DNA of 64,000 nt. Source: Zygnema circumcarinatum SAG 698-1b. Lineage: Eukaryota > Plantae > Zygnematophyceae. Position numbers and translations under genes: made by a program. Location of the stretch: contig CM074806.1 in NCBI GenBank assembly GCA_037447605.1, forward strand, positions 3,038,001-3,102,000, written 5' to 3'. Of the stretch, positions 38,801-52,204 are shown piece after piece. Position 1 is the stretch's first letter, and each line of letters begins with the position of its first letter. The notes under the pieces were generated by a model. The model ran no database searches, was not told where the DNA came from, and saw nothing but the letters and a program-made list of their open reading frames with translations.

Positions 38801-39534
38801 ACTTTCTTTGTGCCCCCCTGATGCTTGTATTACTTTTTCGGCCACTGTGCTCTGCAAATGATGTTAGACACCCTGTTATAACGTCTAGTCTTATTTCGTA
38901 TGGATTGGCTTGCTCCCACATCTTGCTTCCCCCGTCGAATCTTTTTCCTCCAGTCCTTTTTTCCGTTCTATCAGAATTTCACTCTTCATGACAGTCCATT
39001 AGTTGTAGGATCACCTTCCGCATTCTGACTTACCTTGCATTTGCCTGGCGGCTTGCGAATACTGGTCATGCTGTGATGCATCCGAAGTCAGCCCTACATC
39101 ATAGCCTTTTGTGCCCATGGACTAAATGGAGTGTTTGTTTCATAGGTCCTGACACAATGGTATGGCGATAGTTGAATTGGTTTTTCAATTTCGTTCTACA
39201 CCATTTCCTGGTTCCTGTCTGCTTGATGTAGATGTCTGCTGGCATTATGGTGTGGTTATGGTTTAGCAACCTGCTGCTGAATGCCGTTTCGTGGACTAAG
39301 TTCTACACGAACATTTGTACTTCCTGCGAGACGTCTTTGATATTTTATTGAAGATTTTCAACCTTCGAAATATTAGAGATTGTCTATGCATCAGTTGGAC
39401 GAGGAATGCGACCCAACGACTAACCAAGATGTCAAACTTGCCCTTTCGTGTGGGCTCTGCCTGCGCAGGGAAAGCGAAGACCCAAGGAGGCTGAAGAAGC
39501 GACCAAACAACCTGCCTGCTGTGTTATTTTGTAA
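35877..39534 (+). CDS. RIN4/NOI-like protein with four NOI (AvrRpt-cleavage) motifs and a C-terminal CCVIL (~557 aa)
   Basis: Exons 35877-35885 (ATGAAGGCG|gtgagt), 36588-37994, 38474-38665 and 39469-39534. Motifs: IPQFGEW..FTNVFEKKK, IPKFGEW..YTAEFE, VPHFGDW..YTAKFQQKR, VAPMGNW..YTTMFEEARK. The protein ends KQPACCVIL*. Confidence 0.85.
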
Positions 39535-40822
39535 GGTGCCGACGCCAACCTTTACACCTTTTTACGAATTAGATTATTTTGTATTGTGGGATATGGCTTC
39601 AAAATCAATAGTACTTTAGTCTAGCAACCAAATTTAAGCGAGGGTCTTTAGAATTCACAACGATGTATTAATTAAAAGGCAGGCAACTGCCCTTTGCCTT
39701 CCTTGACTGCTCTTATCAGTCGTAGTGGACAATCAGCAGTGTTAACTCTCCCAGCCTTGGCCTCAGTTTCCACGTAGCGCTCTCTCATTGGTGTTGCCCC
39801 GTCCCTAGTGTACAGCAGTCTATTGCATGAGATGGGCACATTAGCACGCTCAACTTTTATACCTTCGTTCAGAATGAGGCTGTGATGGAGGCTCAGTACA
39901 ATCCCTTGGCCCTACATTTTACGAATTGTTCCCACACACTTCAATCTCTACAACCAGTCCTGTGTTCAGTACGTTAGTGCATCTCAGATAAGGTTCAAGT
40001 CATCAAGGCCTCATCTGCAAGGCATGGATTTGTGGTGGCAACACTTTTGATCTGTAGAGGGACTGTCGGCTTTCCACCATTGAGAACTATAGTCGAGCAC
40101 CTTCCTTCGGCAATTCACACGTAGAAGTCGACCTTAGCTCGCAAATACGGAGAAGGACCTTCACGAGCTCTAGGGTGCCTCATGAAAACTTAAAGCACAA
40201 AAAACGTGCAAATGACAACATGAAAAAAAATTGCACACTCGCTCACTTCAAATCGACCAATGGAGATTAAAATGGGATGGAACAGCAGCCCAACCGTGTC
40301 TTTATTTGCGAGGAAGGCAACCCTAAGTCGCAGCTCCCAAGAAAAAGTCCAGCCCGCTAATCGGACCTGCTTGCCTGACTGAGCAGAGCTCTTCTTGCAA
40401 TGTCTCGTTTTAGGCTACAGGCTCGACTTACACACTTTTGAGACTAACTAACTGCCAATACTGCTACTTCTTTGCACGACACTAAGTCGTCAAGGGTTGT
40501 AGAATTTAGAGTTTTTTGAAATTGAAGAGATTCCGATCAGCACACGTGTCATCATACAGCCAGTCCTGTACAATGCAATCCTCCATCCACAAGACATTTT
40601 TCTTTATTCATCGCATTTGCAGCACATCGCGCATGGAGCGACCTTTCCGTCAACACGCTTTCCTTTCCTTGGCAGGGCATTGCGGATGGCGGCTGATGAG
40701 GACAGATTGGCATAAAGACCGAGCATGAATTACTACGAGACCAATGAGGAGGTAATGATGAGGAGGTTGGAGACATTACCTGCAAATGAATTCTGACCTA
40801 ACTAAGGCAGAACGCATGCTCA

Positions 40823-43800
40823 TTAATCTTTAGCCGTAATCACGAGGAGTCCTAAAGCGCCGATCAATAGATACTGGACAAACAAACAATACGCAACAAC
40901 AGGAACGAAGTCAACAACAGGAACACTCCAATGGCCACCACATAGGCCTCCTGTCTCGGCCAGCATGAAGGAGTCGTCTGTTTGGACAGGAGGAAGCTAC
41001 CAAGTTGACATTGATGAATTATCGAGTCAGAGTTCGTAATGGACCCTGGTTGATCATCATACACAGACACCGGTGACAACAACTGCAAGCATACCGATGA
41101 GGCCAACTTGCTAAAGAAATACAACAAAGTGCCCTAACAGCACAAACGTATGTGCATATCCAGATCAAGATTCACAAATGAACAAAGACTCGTTGATCCA
41201 CATGAACGGGGAAATCCAGTGAGCCGAGGGTTCAAGTCCAGTCTAATTGGATGCATGATGTGAATGTTATCATCACTTCGGATGTTTTCAAAAGGGTTAG
41301 CAGCTTCTGATGAAATTTGCTTAAAGATCCAGAGAATGAAGCACATACGAATGGTGGTAGAGACTGCAAATAAGACTTGATGCAGGAAAAATTGTTACGG
41401 TTATTATACAATCTTCTTTGAGGTTGCAGGGGGTGAGGAGTGAGGGCACGGTTTTTGGAGGGCCCACCTTTATGATGGGTTTCTCTGTCATGATAATCGT
41501 CACCCATCCAATGTACGGCAAGAACCTGTCCCATGAAGCAGCATATATTCCACACAAAATACACAAGCAAGCAATTCAGTGACCACAGTGGAAGCAGAAT
41601 AGAATAAGGCATGTTTGACAGCAGAATGAGATTTCTTCCTGCTTGGCTTGATGTTACTATTGTCCTTGACTCCAAATCAGCGAAGGATTTCCGTCATATA
41701 TAAGGCAGAGGATAACGCCATTCTCTTCAGAGTTACAGTAACATTCCAGATGCAGACGATAGTGAGAGTACAAATCAAACAACAACGAAGACACAACTCA
41801 GGCCCAGCCACATGGGAAGCACTTGCAAACCTTCTCTGCACCATTTCTAACTCCATCGTACTTCGACTTCTACCTATATGGTGAAGCAAGCCCATGAAAG
41901 GAGAAAGGAGAGGTCCACAGGAAGTGGGGATTACCCCACAGCGCGCCCCATAACATGGCGTCGATTTAGCCACATCTGTCCGTCCGCATATAGCGGCAAG
42001 TCATCTCCAAAATTGTTGTCTCCTGCTCAAACACAACGGAGCCATGCAATGGTGAACAAGAGAACAAGAAAGCAAATGATCACACATTGAAATCAAAAGA
42101 ACGTTAAACCACCCACTATACGTTTAAGCCGAGTCAACTAGGGTCTTTCGTCAGCACTGCACCTTTTGTTAAAATTTCTACCTCTCCCGTCTCCCTCCCT
42201 TCATGAACCTGCGAGACAGGACCGGGATGTATCATAAACAAATTTTAGTTATGGATTTTTTTCACCTTGTCAGCCAAGTTAGCTTAGGAACGATACTGCA
42301 GAATCAAGTGTGGAACCTTTGGAAGCCGTGCTGGACCACCGCTTCACACATTCAAGCAGAAAAAGGAAGATAGATATGCATGCTCGCCTTTATTACTCGG
42401 TGCACGATGGGGATCTCCCGGCCCTGCAGAGAAATGCCACTCCTTATTCTAAGAGGGAAAGAATTAGAAGAAAGAAAGCTGGAGACCGGGATAGTCAAGA
42501 AAGAGGAGGTTTAGCAGGCGAGAGAAGCAGTGGACAAGACTAACGGAAGGGCATAGTGAGCAGCACAGACAAGCAAAAGCATCCCCTTCAGTACAGAGAT
42601 AAAAACACAGCGTTCCAAAATAGACGTCAGTTTAGATTTCACATTTTCAGCAAAAAATAAGCAAGAAGAGACACAGCTTCTTAAGTTCACAAACAAAGCA
42701 GCAACATTACTAATCTAAGAATTTCTCGCTTTCGCTCTGGCTGAAAAACAAGAGGGCGTTGCAAAAAAGGTTGCAGACTGTTCTTTTGGAAAAAAATTGC
42801 GCCCTCTGCAGTCAAGAATCACCTTAAGGGAATTTCAAAGGATCTTTATTAGGGTCTCTATGTTTCTGAAATCTGCAGACTGGCAGTATTGAATTACAAC
42901 TTTTACAAAGTTGTGGACTTGCTGATTTCTACCAGACACTATGACAGCGCCCATCGAGACTGCACTGAGAGTATGAAGCTCACATAAAGCGCCACTTTAG
43001 TTCTGTCATTGTCACTAAATGTAGCTGAAGTGGGTTATCAGAAACGGGAGAGCCCCAACTTACATCCACATTGAACACAACTATTTCCCCGGCAGCGATT
43101 GGTGATTTGCTCATATGTAAAAAGAGAATATCTCCCTGCATGCACAAGCGATCGTAATGCAAGCAGTTTATCGACTAAGCTTTTCGAATGAACCTCAGTA
43201 CTGCATTGCCCTTCTCTTTTGCCACTGCAGAAACTGCCCACCATCCGTACTCTTGGTCATGACCTTAAAAATAAATTCTACCGCTTCACAAAGCCCAAAA
43301 ACATTGCGGGCACATACATTTCAAAACTCTTCAATGGATACAGAAGGTGAAGCAGAGAAAAAGGAACCTCATGCACAAAAGTAAAGAGTGTTGTTTCCTT
43401 ACCCTTCGAAACCCAGGCTCCATGGATCCGGAAAGCACGACCACCACAGGCGACTCACTACCAGTAATGCACATCAGGGACTTCCAAATCATAAGGGCTG
43501 ACGTAACCACCATTCCTGAACTCACCACATTTTAAAGTGACAGAGAAGAGGTCCGGGATTGGAGACGGAATGAGAGGAATAAAGGCGTATGTCTCCAGTT
43601 ATTGCTAGGGAAATCTAAGCAAACAATAAGAATATTCTATATCTTTAATAATTAAGTCTCTAGAGGGAATATGGATTAGCAGAAATCTCGAGACTTTCTA
43701 GTACACAATTCAGCGAAAGGAACAATAGGCGATAAAATGGGAAAACATGCACTTGCTGTAGCGAAATTTTTTAGTCTGAAATGATAAAAGAAAAATCTAA

Positions 43801-44149
43801 GGATCTGAAGACAATTGGAGCTGGCCAACAATTGTGATATGCGACAGAAGGTAACAACTAATAGCGACTATACAAAAAATTTACACATTGGTGAGGGTGC
43901 GTGAGTCACTCGAGGAAGCGAGCCAGGAAATCTTTCACTGCTCCTAACTCGACCTTCGAAGCAAAAAGGGCAGCACGACCCCCCCGATGCTACAGAACAT
44001 CATGCTCCTGCTGAAAACCCGACTGCTCTTTCTTATTTTTTTTAAAGATAATAGCATCTCAACTCCTTACCAAGACTCAAGATTTGCAACGACAAAGCGC
44101 GTATGTTTATCGATTTCACCGAGGCAATTACGTCATTGAACATCCCCAT
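40823..44149 (-). CDS. SEC11: Signal peptidase complex catalytic subunit SEC11
   Basis: Exons 44149-44071, 43515-43403, 43135-43064, 42423-42388, 42208-42163, 42022-41935, 41525-41468 and 40873-40823. Motifs: [12 protein letters not shown] (catalytic Ser), GDILFL, PIVHRV (catalytic His), [33 protein letters not shown]. Confidence 0.97.
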
Positions 44150-45048
44150 TTCGATCCACTTCTGTTGCGGCTCAGTGATTAATCGCACAGCAAAGAGCAG
44201 TGCGAGTCTAAGAAGAATCCGAGCCGATTCTCGCCCTATTTGAGACCTGCGGTGCCTTCCTTCCTTCCTGCAATGCTCTCCTCTCGCCCCTCGCTCTCTC
44301 TCTCTCTCTCTGTGGAGGCGGACTGATGGCGGACTTTCTCTCTCTCGCCTGCAAGTCAAACCTATCCTACTGAACTGAACCAGCGGCGCGTCTCCATGGG
44401 CGACAGTTCCGTTCTCGCGTTAACTGCGACCGTTGATTTTTTGCAATTCAGAAAAATTGTATGAACTGGAACTGTCTGTCACATGGAAATCATTTTTGGT
44501 TTCACCTGGTTAAAAGTTGCTCCTGTCATCCAACAACGTGGATCCAGAGTCCACTCAGGAGGGGGACATTAGAGATAGAGACTGGAGGGATGTTTCCAAA
44601 TGTGTCAAAATGACAAGAAAGGAATATCAATGTGACCAATGCCAATTTCCCTTCATTCCCCAAGGAGGGGAAATGTCAATGGGAAACCAGTCTAGACATG
44701 AGGATACATCAAACAAACGAAAGCTTTATGAACTACCACAACATGGTTTGTTGGTGGCATTTCATGTCATGGCATTGTCTTCAAGCATCTATCCCCTCAC
44801 AATGGCTCACTGAAGCAAGAGATGAAGGGCTGCCTTCTCCCTTTGTTGGGCCGGCCACACTGCGCCATGGTTTCATGCTCAATGTTGGCTCGAGCCCAGC
44901 CCAACATTTGGTCCAGACAGGCAGCCAGTTCTGAGGGTCCTGAGCGCGGAGGGCTCAAAGGGCGCGAGCTTCCTGCAAGCTATGGTGTTGGCGCGTCCTG
45001 CTCTCTCCTGCTCCCTCCCCACGCGCTCTCTGTTTCTCCTTCCCTTTC

Positions 45049-48000
45049 ATGTATAACGAGCCTTCCTCTCACTTGAAGGAGGCTCCTTTTTCACCCTTTC
45101 CTGGTCAGCGTCTCAAGGGCAATCATGGAGGTCTTTCGGGTCAGTGCGACCCCCTGCTTCACGGTACACAACGCAGAACTCAAAACTCAAACCTCCAAAA
45201 CTCGTCTTCCTGGAAGTCGCTGTTGTTCACGTCAAAAGAAGTATCTTCTGCAGGCGTTGGAGGCGAGGAGGAGACTGGAGGAAGTTCTGCAAGTGGGGGA
45301 GCAATGCTTCAGCTCAACCCCTTGGCTCTGGAGTTCGTTCCATTGCACCCTGCATCTGCGCAGCCGGCTGAGAGAGGCTCAGCAGTTGCGCAGGCTGAAG
45401 CTGCGGATGCTGAACGTGTGAAGGCCAGAGCACATTCCAGCCGAAGTATGTGCTCCTTTGGGAAAGTAGATGTTAGAATCTTTTTTTTTTTGGCTGCTGA
45501 TGATTATTTTTCATTTTCTTGTCGTCTTCTTCATAAGGTGATGGTCGCTTGGAGATGTACAGCCACATGCCTTCTCATTATTTACGCACACCTACCTCAG
45601 ATTTTCGTAGCCGTTCGATTGAGAGATTTTGGCCTGTGAATCGCGAACACTTCACTCCTCACTTCTCCTGCGATAGGTTACTGCCTTCTTTGCTTTTTTA
45701 AAATCTTTTCTTCTCATACGTTCCTTTTTTTTTTTTCGTCCGGCTCTTATCCCGTGGGCATTGGAAAATAGCTCGTTCTAAGGGAACAGGAGTGCAACTG
45801 TCGGTTGAGTGTGATGTTCGTATCCTGTGTTTTGTATTCTATGTGTTTCCCAATAGCTCCACACTAAGACGGTTTTGCGATTTTTTTCTCTCGTTATTTG
45901 GAAATTTTATAGCAAGCAGTTGAGGATCACTTGCAACTCTGGCATATCTGCATGATCCCCTCTTGAGCAATATGTAGTATTGCTCCAAAGCTGGTAGTAC
46001 TGCCGATTTTTTTTCTAGTTTTTTTGTTTTTTTCCATTCCCTGACCATTTTAGAAGATTTCCACTGTCCTTTTCTCGAAAGTACTACTATCTCTTTTTTT
46101 TGTGGGGGTAGAAAGGGGGGGGAGGGAGTTAGCTGAAATTTTATCCCTGCGTTGGTGGTATATTGGCTTCGTGTCTGGGACCTTTGCTTTACGTATTGAC
46201 GTATTCTTTCTTCCGTTTCTGCAGATAGTGGATCCCGTATCTCTGATTTTGGTGGGAATGTTGGCGACGATGTCAGTTTTCAGGAGCCGGAGCCATTACT
46301 GAATCAGGTGCAGATCTTTGATTCACACAAAGAATTAATTCCATTCATGGGTCTCCTTTCGGGATACCAAGAACAACGAACGAGATCTCAGCCTGCTAAA
46401 TAGTTACGCGAATTTTTTTCATCGCCGTGTCTGATGAAGGATCCAGGCTAGATGATTTTCTGTCTTAGAGTTGTCCTTGAAAGTTTCCTCAGATGTGGCG
46501 TTGATTGAGTTGCATCCATTTGTTCACTCAACTCTATGGCTTGCTCGTGAATGAACACATTTGGCCTCACATTCTTTCGTCATTATCTTGCTGTTGTGAA
46601 TCTGTTCATTTTAAACAATCGAAAGAAATCATTCTGCGGACTCTGAAGGAAAGGTGTTCCCCAAGCTTAGATATTGCCTGTGAAATCACAACTGTGATTG
46701 CTAGGTATCTGAGCTGCAGATGGATGAGCAAGGCCCACATCTGTGTTCCTTTTTCTGTGTCTGCCCTTCATCAGGCTGAACCAGGCGACAACGATGCTCC
46801 TGGCTTCATAACTGCTCCTTTTATCCCCAGCCACCAAGGACCTGGGATTGGAGCCGGTGTTCGTCCTGGATACAGCGGTCCGACATCTAAAGGTAAGGGC
46901 AGAGCTCATCGAGGCCGTGGCAGGGCAGGAAGCAATACCAATGGTGGGGGTCTGGCTGCTGCCTTCAGAGCCACAGGCTCTTCCCATGGAGTTCGATCCT
47001 CCCAACCGAGAGATATACCACACAGTCTGAGTCGTAATGGGGACGATTACGGCATGCAAGATACGACCTCTAGAAGCTTCTTCGGCAGGTCCGATGCAGA
47101 GCCTGGTGCCGCAGTTGGTGCATCAGCTGTAGGCATTGGTGTCCAGGCAGAAAGTGCGGCGACTAGCAGCAGGAATAACAGGGCAGTACATAATGGCAGC
47201 AGTGCTGTAAGGTTGCAATCCAGTGAAGCTGGTTCACTTGAAAGCAGTGGTTATTCTGGCACAACACCACCTGGAAGGAAGGGGCACACACAAAATGCAA
47301 ACCATTTGTTAAATTTTCGGTATGAGTCATTTCAACAGCAAAGGGCCTCTTCTAGTCGAGGACGGGGAGGAACACAACGCCGCCAGTGGAGGCCTCCTAC
47401 GCCATTCAACAAGGAGCTCTTCCTACAGGTTAGGTCAAAGTGGCATTTGTCCCTCGATGGCCTGAAGCACAGAACTTCGATTGTCATAACATTTTTTTTT
47501 CTGAAGTGTTGGATAAAGCAATGATGCTGATTAGAAGCAGATTTTTCGAAAAGAAAAACTATCATACATGGAAGTGGCATAGTCGGAATCCTGAATCGTG
47601 GCAAAACTTATCTCGAGAAAAACTTTTCAGATAAAGAAGGAAAGGCTTTAAGTCCATCCACGATTTATTGGGAACACATTGAAATTGAGCACATTTTTTT
47701 CCAGTCGAATTTTCGGAATCACATTTTTTTTCATCGACCAAGACAGGGTTGTTCTGTTGGAACCAGCTTTACCAGAGGCTTCCATTGGTATTGTTTTAAG
47801 CTCTGGCTTTGTTGTCGAACAGTATTGAATTTTCTTCAACGACTCTGATCTGCAGCACTTAAGAGAGTGTTGACTCGATCTAATTGGTGAGGCTACCATA
47901 CTGAACTCTATTTGTAGGGGTGTTGGGGGGGGGGGATGGGGGGCTGTTGATAGGCGAATTTCCGGTTCCTTGTTTCAGATTTGGGCGATTATGGCCTCCA

Positions 48001-51000
48001 CATGCTCGACCCTGATCGAACACTGGACTGGCAACAAGTAGCGGCTGTGGAAGTGGAGGAAGCCGTACTTCCCCAGTGTCCTATTTGCCTTGAAGCGCCT
48101 CCCCTTTGCCCACAGGTAAGGAGCAAAACTGATATAAAGAGAAGCAATGCTTCAACTTGAAGATCTTTCTCTTCCTGACAATGCGCTAATGATGTACAAT
48201 ACTCTTTCAGTTCACCAATGGTAAGTAAGGGTCATTACAACCTAAAACCACTGACATCTGATGTCGAATCTGACTCAAATATGTTCACTATTGGCAATAG
48301 CATTGCTGTTGATCAAGGCATGTGCTTAAGCGATTTGTTGATAAGGGCCTGGAAGTGAATCGTTGGTTTGTACTCTGACTTAGCTGTAAAGGGGCAAAAT
48401 TACACATCTCTATGGAGGCACACTTCAAACAAGAGCTCATCGTTTCCTTGTCTTGGCCTTTATCAGATCACTGCTTGTGGCCATATGTTCTGCTTTCCCT
48501 GCATTGTCCGATATCTGGCCATTGGAGAGGAGGATCGAAAGGAGCACTGGAAGAAGTGTCCACTTTGTTTTGCAATGATCGGAACTCGTGACCTTCGATC
48601 AGCGAAGGTGCATGTTGCAACGCTGCTAAAGCGCGGAGAGAAATTACACTTCTCTTTGTTAGTGCGCTCAAAGGTGAGAGCCCATCTTATTTAGGTGATG
48701 GCTTGTGTCTACTCACTCTTACAAATGGTTGATTGTTCTCGTATCCTTATCCTCCTAACGTTCTCTTTCTCAATTCTTCGCCTATATACCAGGTCGAAAG
48801 CTCGTTTTTTACAGGCATGTATGGTTTTGCATGTATGATACTTTTACCGTCAAAGTGTTCTAATCCGTCAGGTCGGAAATCTCTAGTACATGTTAGGGTT
48901 GGGTGTTCAAGGTCATATACAGTGTGCATTTCGTTTCATGGGAGTCTTGGTTTCCTTTATTTGAACAGGGTTCCATCATCCCTTTCGACAGGCGCCATTT
49001 CTCCAACTCTTCGTCTGGGTTGCAAGCATTGCCTTATTCACAAGACGGACGGTGCCATCCCTTCGCCAAATTCACGCTGACATCTTCAGATGGAGTTGAA
49101 GCGGCAGTGAAAGCAATGGAGGCTGAGCTTATGGACTCGGCTGGCAAAGCTCAAGCAAGTGGCCATCGAGAAGATATTGAGAGGGTACCGTACTTTTTGT
49201 TGGCGGTGGATTTGTTGCAAGAAAGAAAACAAGTACGTACACTTTCTGAAGCTCTTGGGATTCGTGCAATTGATAGGATGTTTGATGAATCAATTCACGT
49301 ACACGTCTCAATTTCTTCGTAAAACAGCCTTATATCTGTGCTTTTCTGGAAATACTGGCAGGAATGTTATTATATCGTCGGTAGCTCAGCCTTTGGGAAG
49401 TCATTTTTCAGCTCTGCCCGTGTGATGCAGTTGATTTTTCCCGTGTGATGAAGGCATTTCGCATATCTATGCTGGACTCTTCTTACTTTTGGCTTTTGCA
49501 GTGAGAAAGATCGTTCAGAGTTTTGATACAATCTTTATGGATTATCCAGAGTGCATGGACGTGTAAACGCGTTTTGTCTCTACTGTCACACTGTAAAGTC
49601 CAATGACAGCTTGTTCACGTTTTGTTCCGCTAGCTGTTATCTCCTGACCAGCAGCTATAGATTACTTTTTTTTTTCGAAAGTCTGGCTTTAGCAGTGCCA
49701 ATCACTTAACGGGTTTCAGCTGTCAAAGGAGTGGAGTGTCTCACTCCACTCGAGCTCAGCTCACTATTGGATCTGTGTTTTGTTTTGGAAAATTTGCAGG
49801 CATGGGTGAAACATAGAGCCACAGATTTCATGGGAAGCAGCCCACCCGTGCAAAAACGAATTATGGGACAGGCAAAACTTGGTTTCGCTGACTTGGTTGA
49901 TAAGCCTGTCATGGATGCTGGAGAGAAAAGGTCTGGTGACATAAGAAAAGGGGAAGTCGGTCCAGCTTCAAAACCGATGGGAGGGTTGCCTAGTGCCAGA
50001 GGACATGCAGATAAAAAGCTTGTTGATGTGGCTGCTGAGACAGAGGCAGCCATGTCAAAGCTAAAGGATCAATCATCATGGGTTTATGAAAGTGCATTTA
50101 CGGACAGTGACGATGGTGAAACCAGGAAGAATATACCAAGTCAGGGTAGGCGAACCAAGGCGAATGAGCGAGGGAAGATAGGAGCAGGCCAGAATCGGAA
50201 AATGGACGCGAGAGTTGAGTCAAGTTCTGAGAAGGGAAATGACGGGACATCAAGGAGTGCTGTCACTATCTCAGGAAGAGGGGGCAGTCAAAATTCAAGT
50301 ACTGAAGGTGTGATGGCAGGTGGGCTTAAACATGTGGGAGGAGATGAGAAGTTGGGCAATGGAGTTGGGGGACGGAATAGAGATAATTCGGAAGCAACGG
50401 GGCTGGAAGGTGCAAACGCTTCAAGGGAAGCTGAAAGAAAAGGTTTGCAAGTGGTCAAGATGAGCAATGAGAATTTGCTGTTAGATAGTGTCGTAGAGAG
50501 GAACACCGATGTTTCTGGAAAGGAAGGTGGAGACAAGGAGGGTGGGGAAGAGGGCCAAAAGAAGAGTGCTGTTCCTTCAAGAGAGTTGGAGGAAAAGGGA
50601 TATTACATGTTTTATCAGGCGGAGGATGGGAGGCCCCTTATCTTGCATACTCTCAGCATGAAGTGTTTGTTGCAGCACTATGGGAGTTATGAGGCTCTGC
50701 CAGAGACGTAAGTACCTGCAAAACGTTTTGAATGTTGTGAATTTCCTGTCGGAGTTTCGGTGCTATTGGTCGAAAAAAAAAACTGGAAAACTGAGTTTTC
50801 GAAATTGCCCAATCAAAAATTGAGAGAGGCACTAGGTGTGAAAGGAGGATAGGCCAAGCTTAACGGGGAAGTTTCTGCCAGGTAAAGTTTCTCGTCGAGG
50901 TGTTGATTTTTCTTTCAAGTCCTTTGGGTTTTTTAGGATTTGACACCTTCACTATGGTCTTATGATGTCAGTTTGGAGGCTAGCGTCCTGGAAGTCACTG

Positions 51001-52204
51001 CGGAGACACAAAGTGAGAGTACTCGGAAACGTTACCGCTTTCTGAGCCATCTTCCCCTCACAGCAACATTCTATCTGGTTGAAGTGGATGTCTCGGACCT
51101 TGTTCCACCATCCGCTACAGCTCCATTTGCAGAGGAGCTACGGCAGAGGGAGAACCGGCGCCAACGGAAGATCAAACAGGTATGTCACTTCCAGTAGATT
51201 CTTGCCGGGACTTCAGGATTGATAGCGGTGTCACCAAGAAAACGTACTTGTTGTTGAAGGAACGGAGTGATCTTGACTTTGTATACGCTAATGCTTTCAA
51301 GGGCCTTTTGGACCGTTCGCTGTAACAGCTCCAACCTTCATTCCGGAACGCGTGAGACTGTACCGTGGTCTAGGGTCAATACGACCTATCTTAGGGGTTA
51401 ATGGAGCTTTGTTTCTCTCTATCTCCAATCAGTTGAAAGAGCAAGCGCCACTGTCTCTTGATTTTCACCACAGAATGCTATGTGAATTGTGATGCTTTTC
51501 TGAATTGAGTTTTTTTGGCACAATGAAGCAGGAGTAGCCTACTCTCTGCTACTACACGAAGGCCTTTTTTATGCTGATATTGCTATTCTGGCCTGCAAAT
51601 GATGCAGGACATTGAAGACAAAGCGAAGTTAGAACGCGAGGCAGCGAGCTTTGTTCGTGGGCCACAACTTCCAACTCCAGAAGATTTTGCGGCCATGTTA
51701 TCTGCTGCCAGCGGTGATGAACCAGTAGATAGTTTTGTTTTCACCGATCATTCACAACAGGATTGGTCTCCTCCAAGTTCGCTAACTCCTTCAGGAATCT
51801 ATCCTTTAGACAGGACAAATTCTGTGGGTGTTACTTCTACACCAGGCCAAGAGAAGCTACTCTTCTCGAGGGTTGCGGAGATGGGATATGCGTCAGGTCT
51901 AAATGCTCCGGAGTTGCCTCCGAGGTGGGATTCAGGCGACACAGCCGGTGTATCCAATGCCTGGAACATGACATCTACTTTTTCTTCTGGCTCACCGTCT
52001 GCTCAAAGTGCATGGGGCCCCCTTTCTGGCGGGGGGGTTGAAGGGCATCAGAGTAACAGGCGACACCAATCCTTTGCCGGCATTATTCAGTCTCAGAAAA
52101 CTGAAGTTGCAGAAGAGGCAGCCAGCTCCAGTGGGAGGACTGTGAAGAAGAAGGGCAAGAAGGGAATGACTGTGCTATTGACTACAAATGTGAGGAGGAA
52201 TTGA
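45049..52204 (+). CDS. RNF10: RING finger protein 10 (RNF10/Mag2)-like E3 ubiquitin ligase with N-terminal PAM2 motif
   Basis: Exons 45049 (or 45306)-45445, 46225-46307, 46775-47428, 47954-48115, 48467-48673, 48969-49232, 49800-50707, 50972-51179 and 51608-52204. Motifs: NANHLLNFRY, KELFLQANFRFLV, DPD..LDW, RING CPICLE..CGHMFCFPCI..CPLC, YYMFYQAEDG..LHTLSMKCL, RKRYRFLSHLP, KKKGKK..LL.T. Confidence 0.93.
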
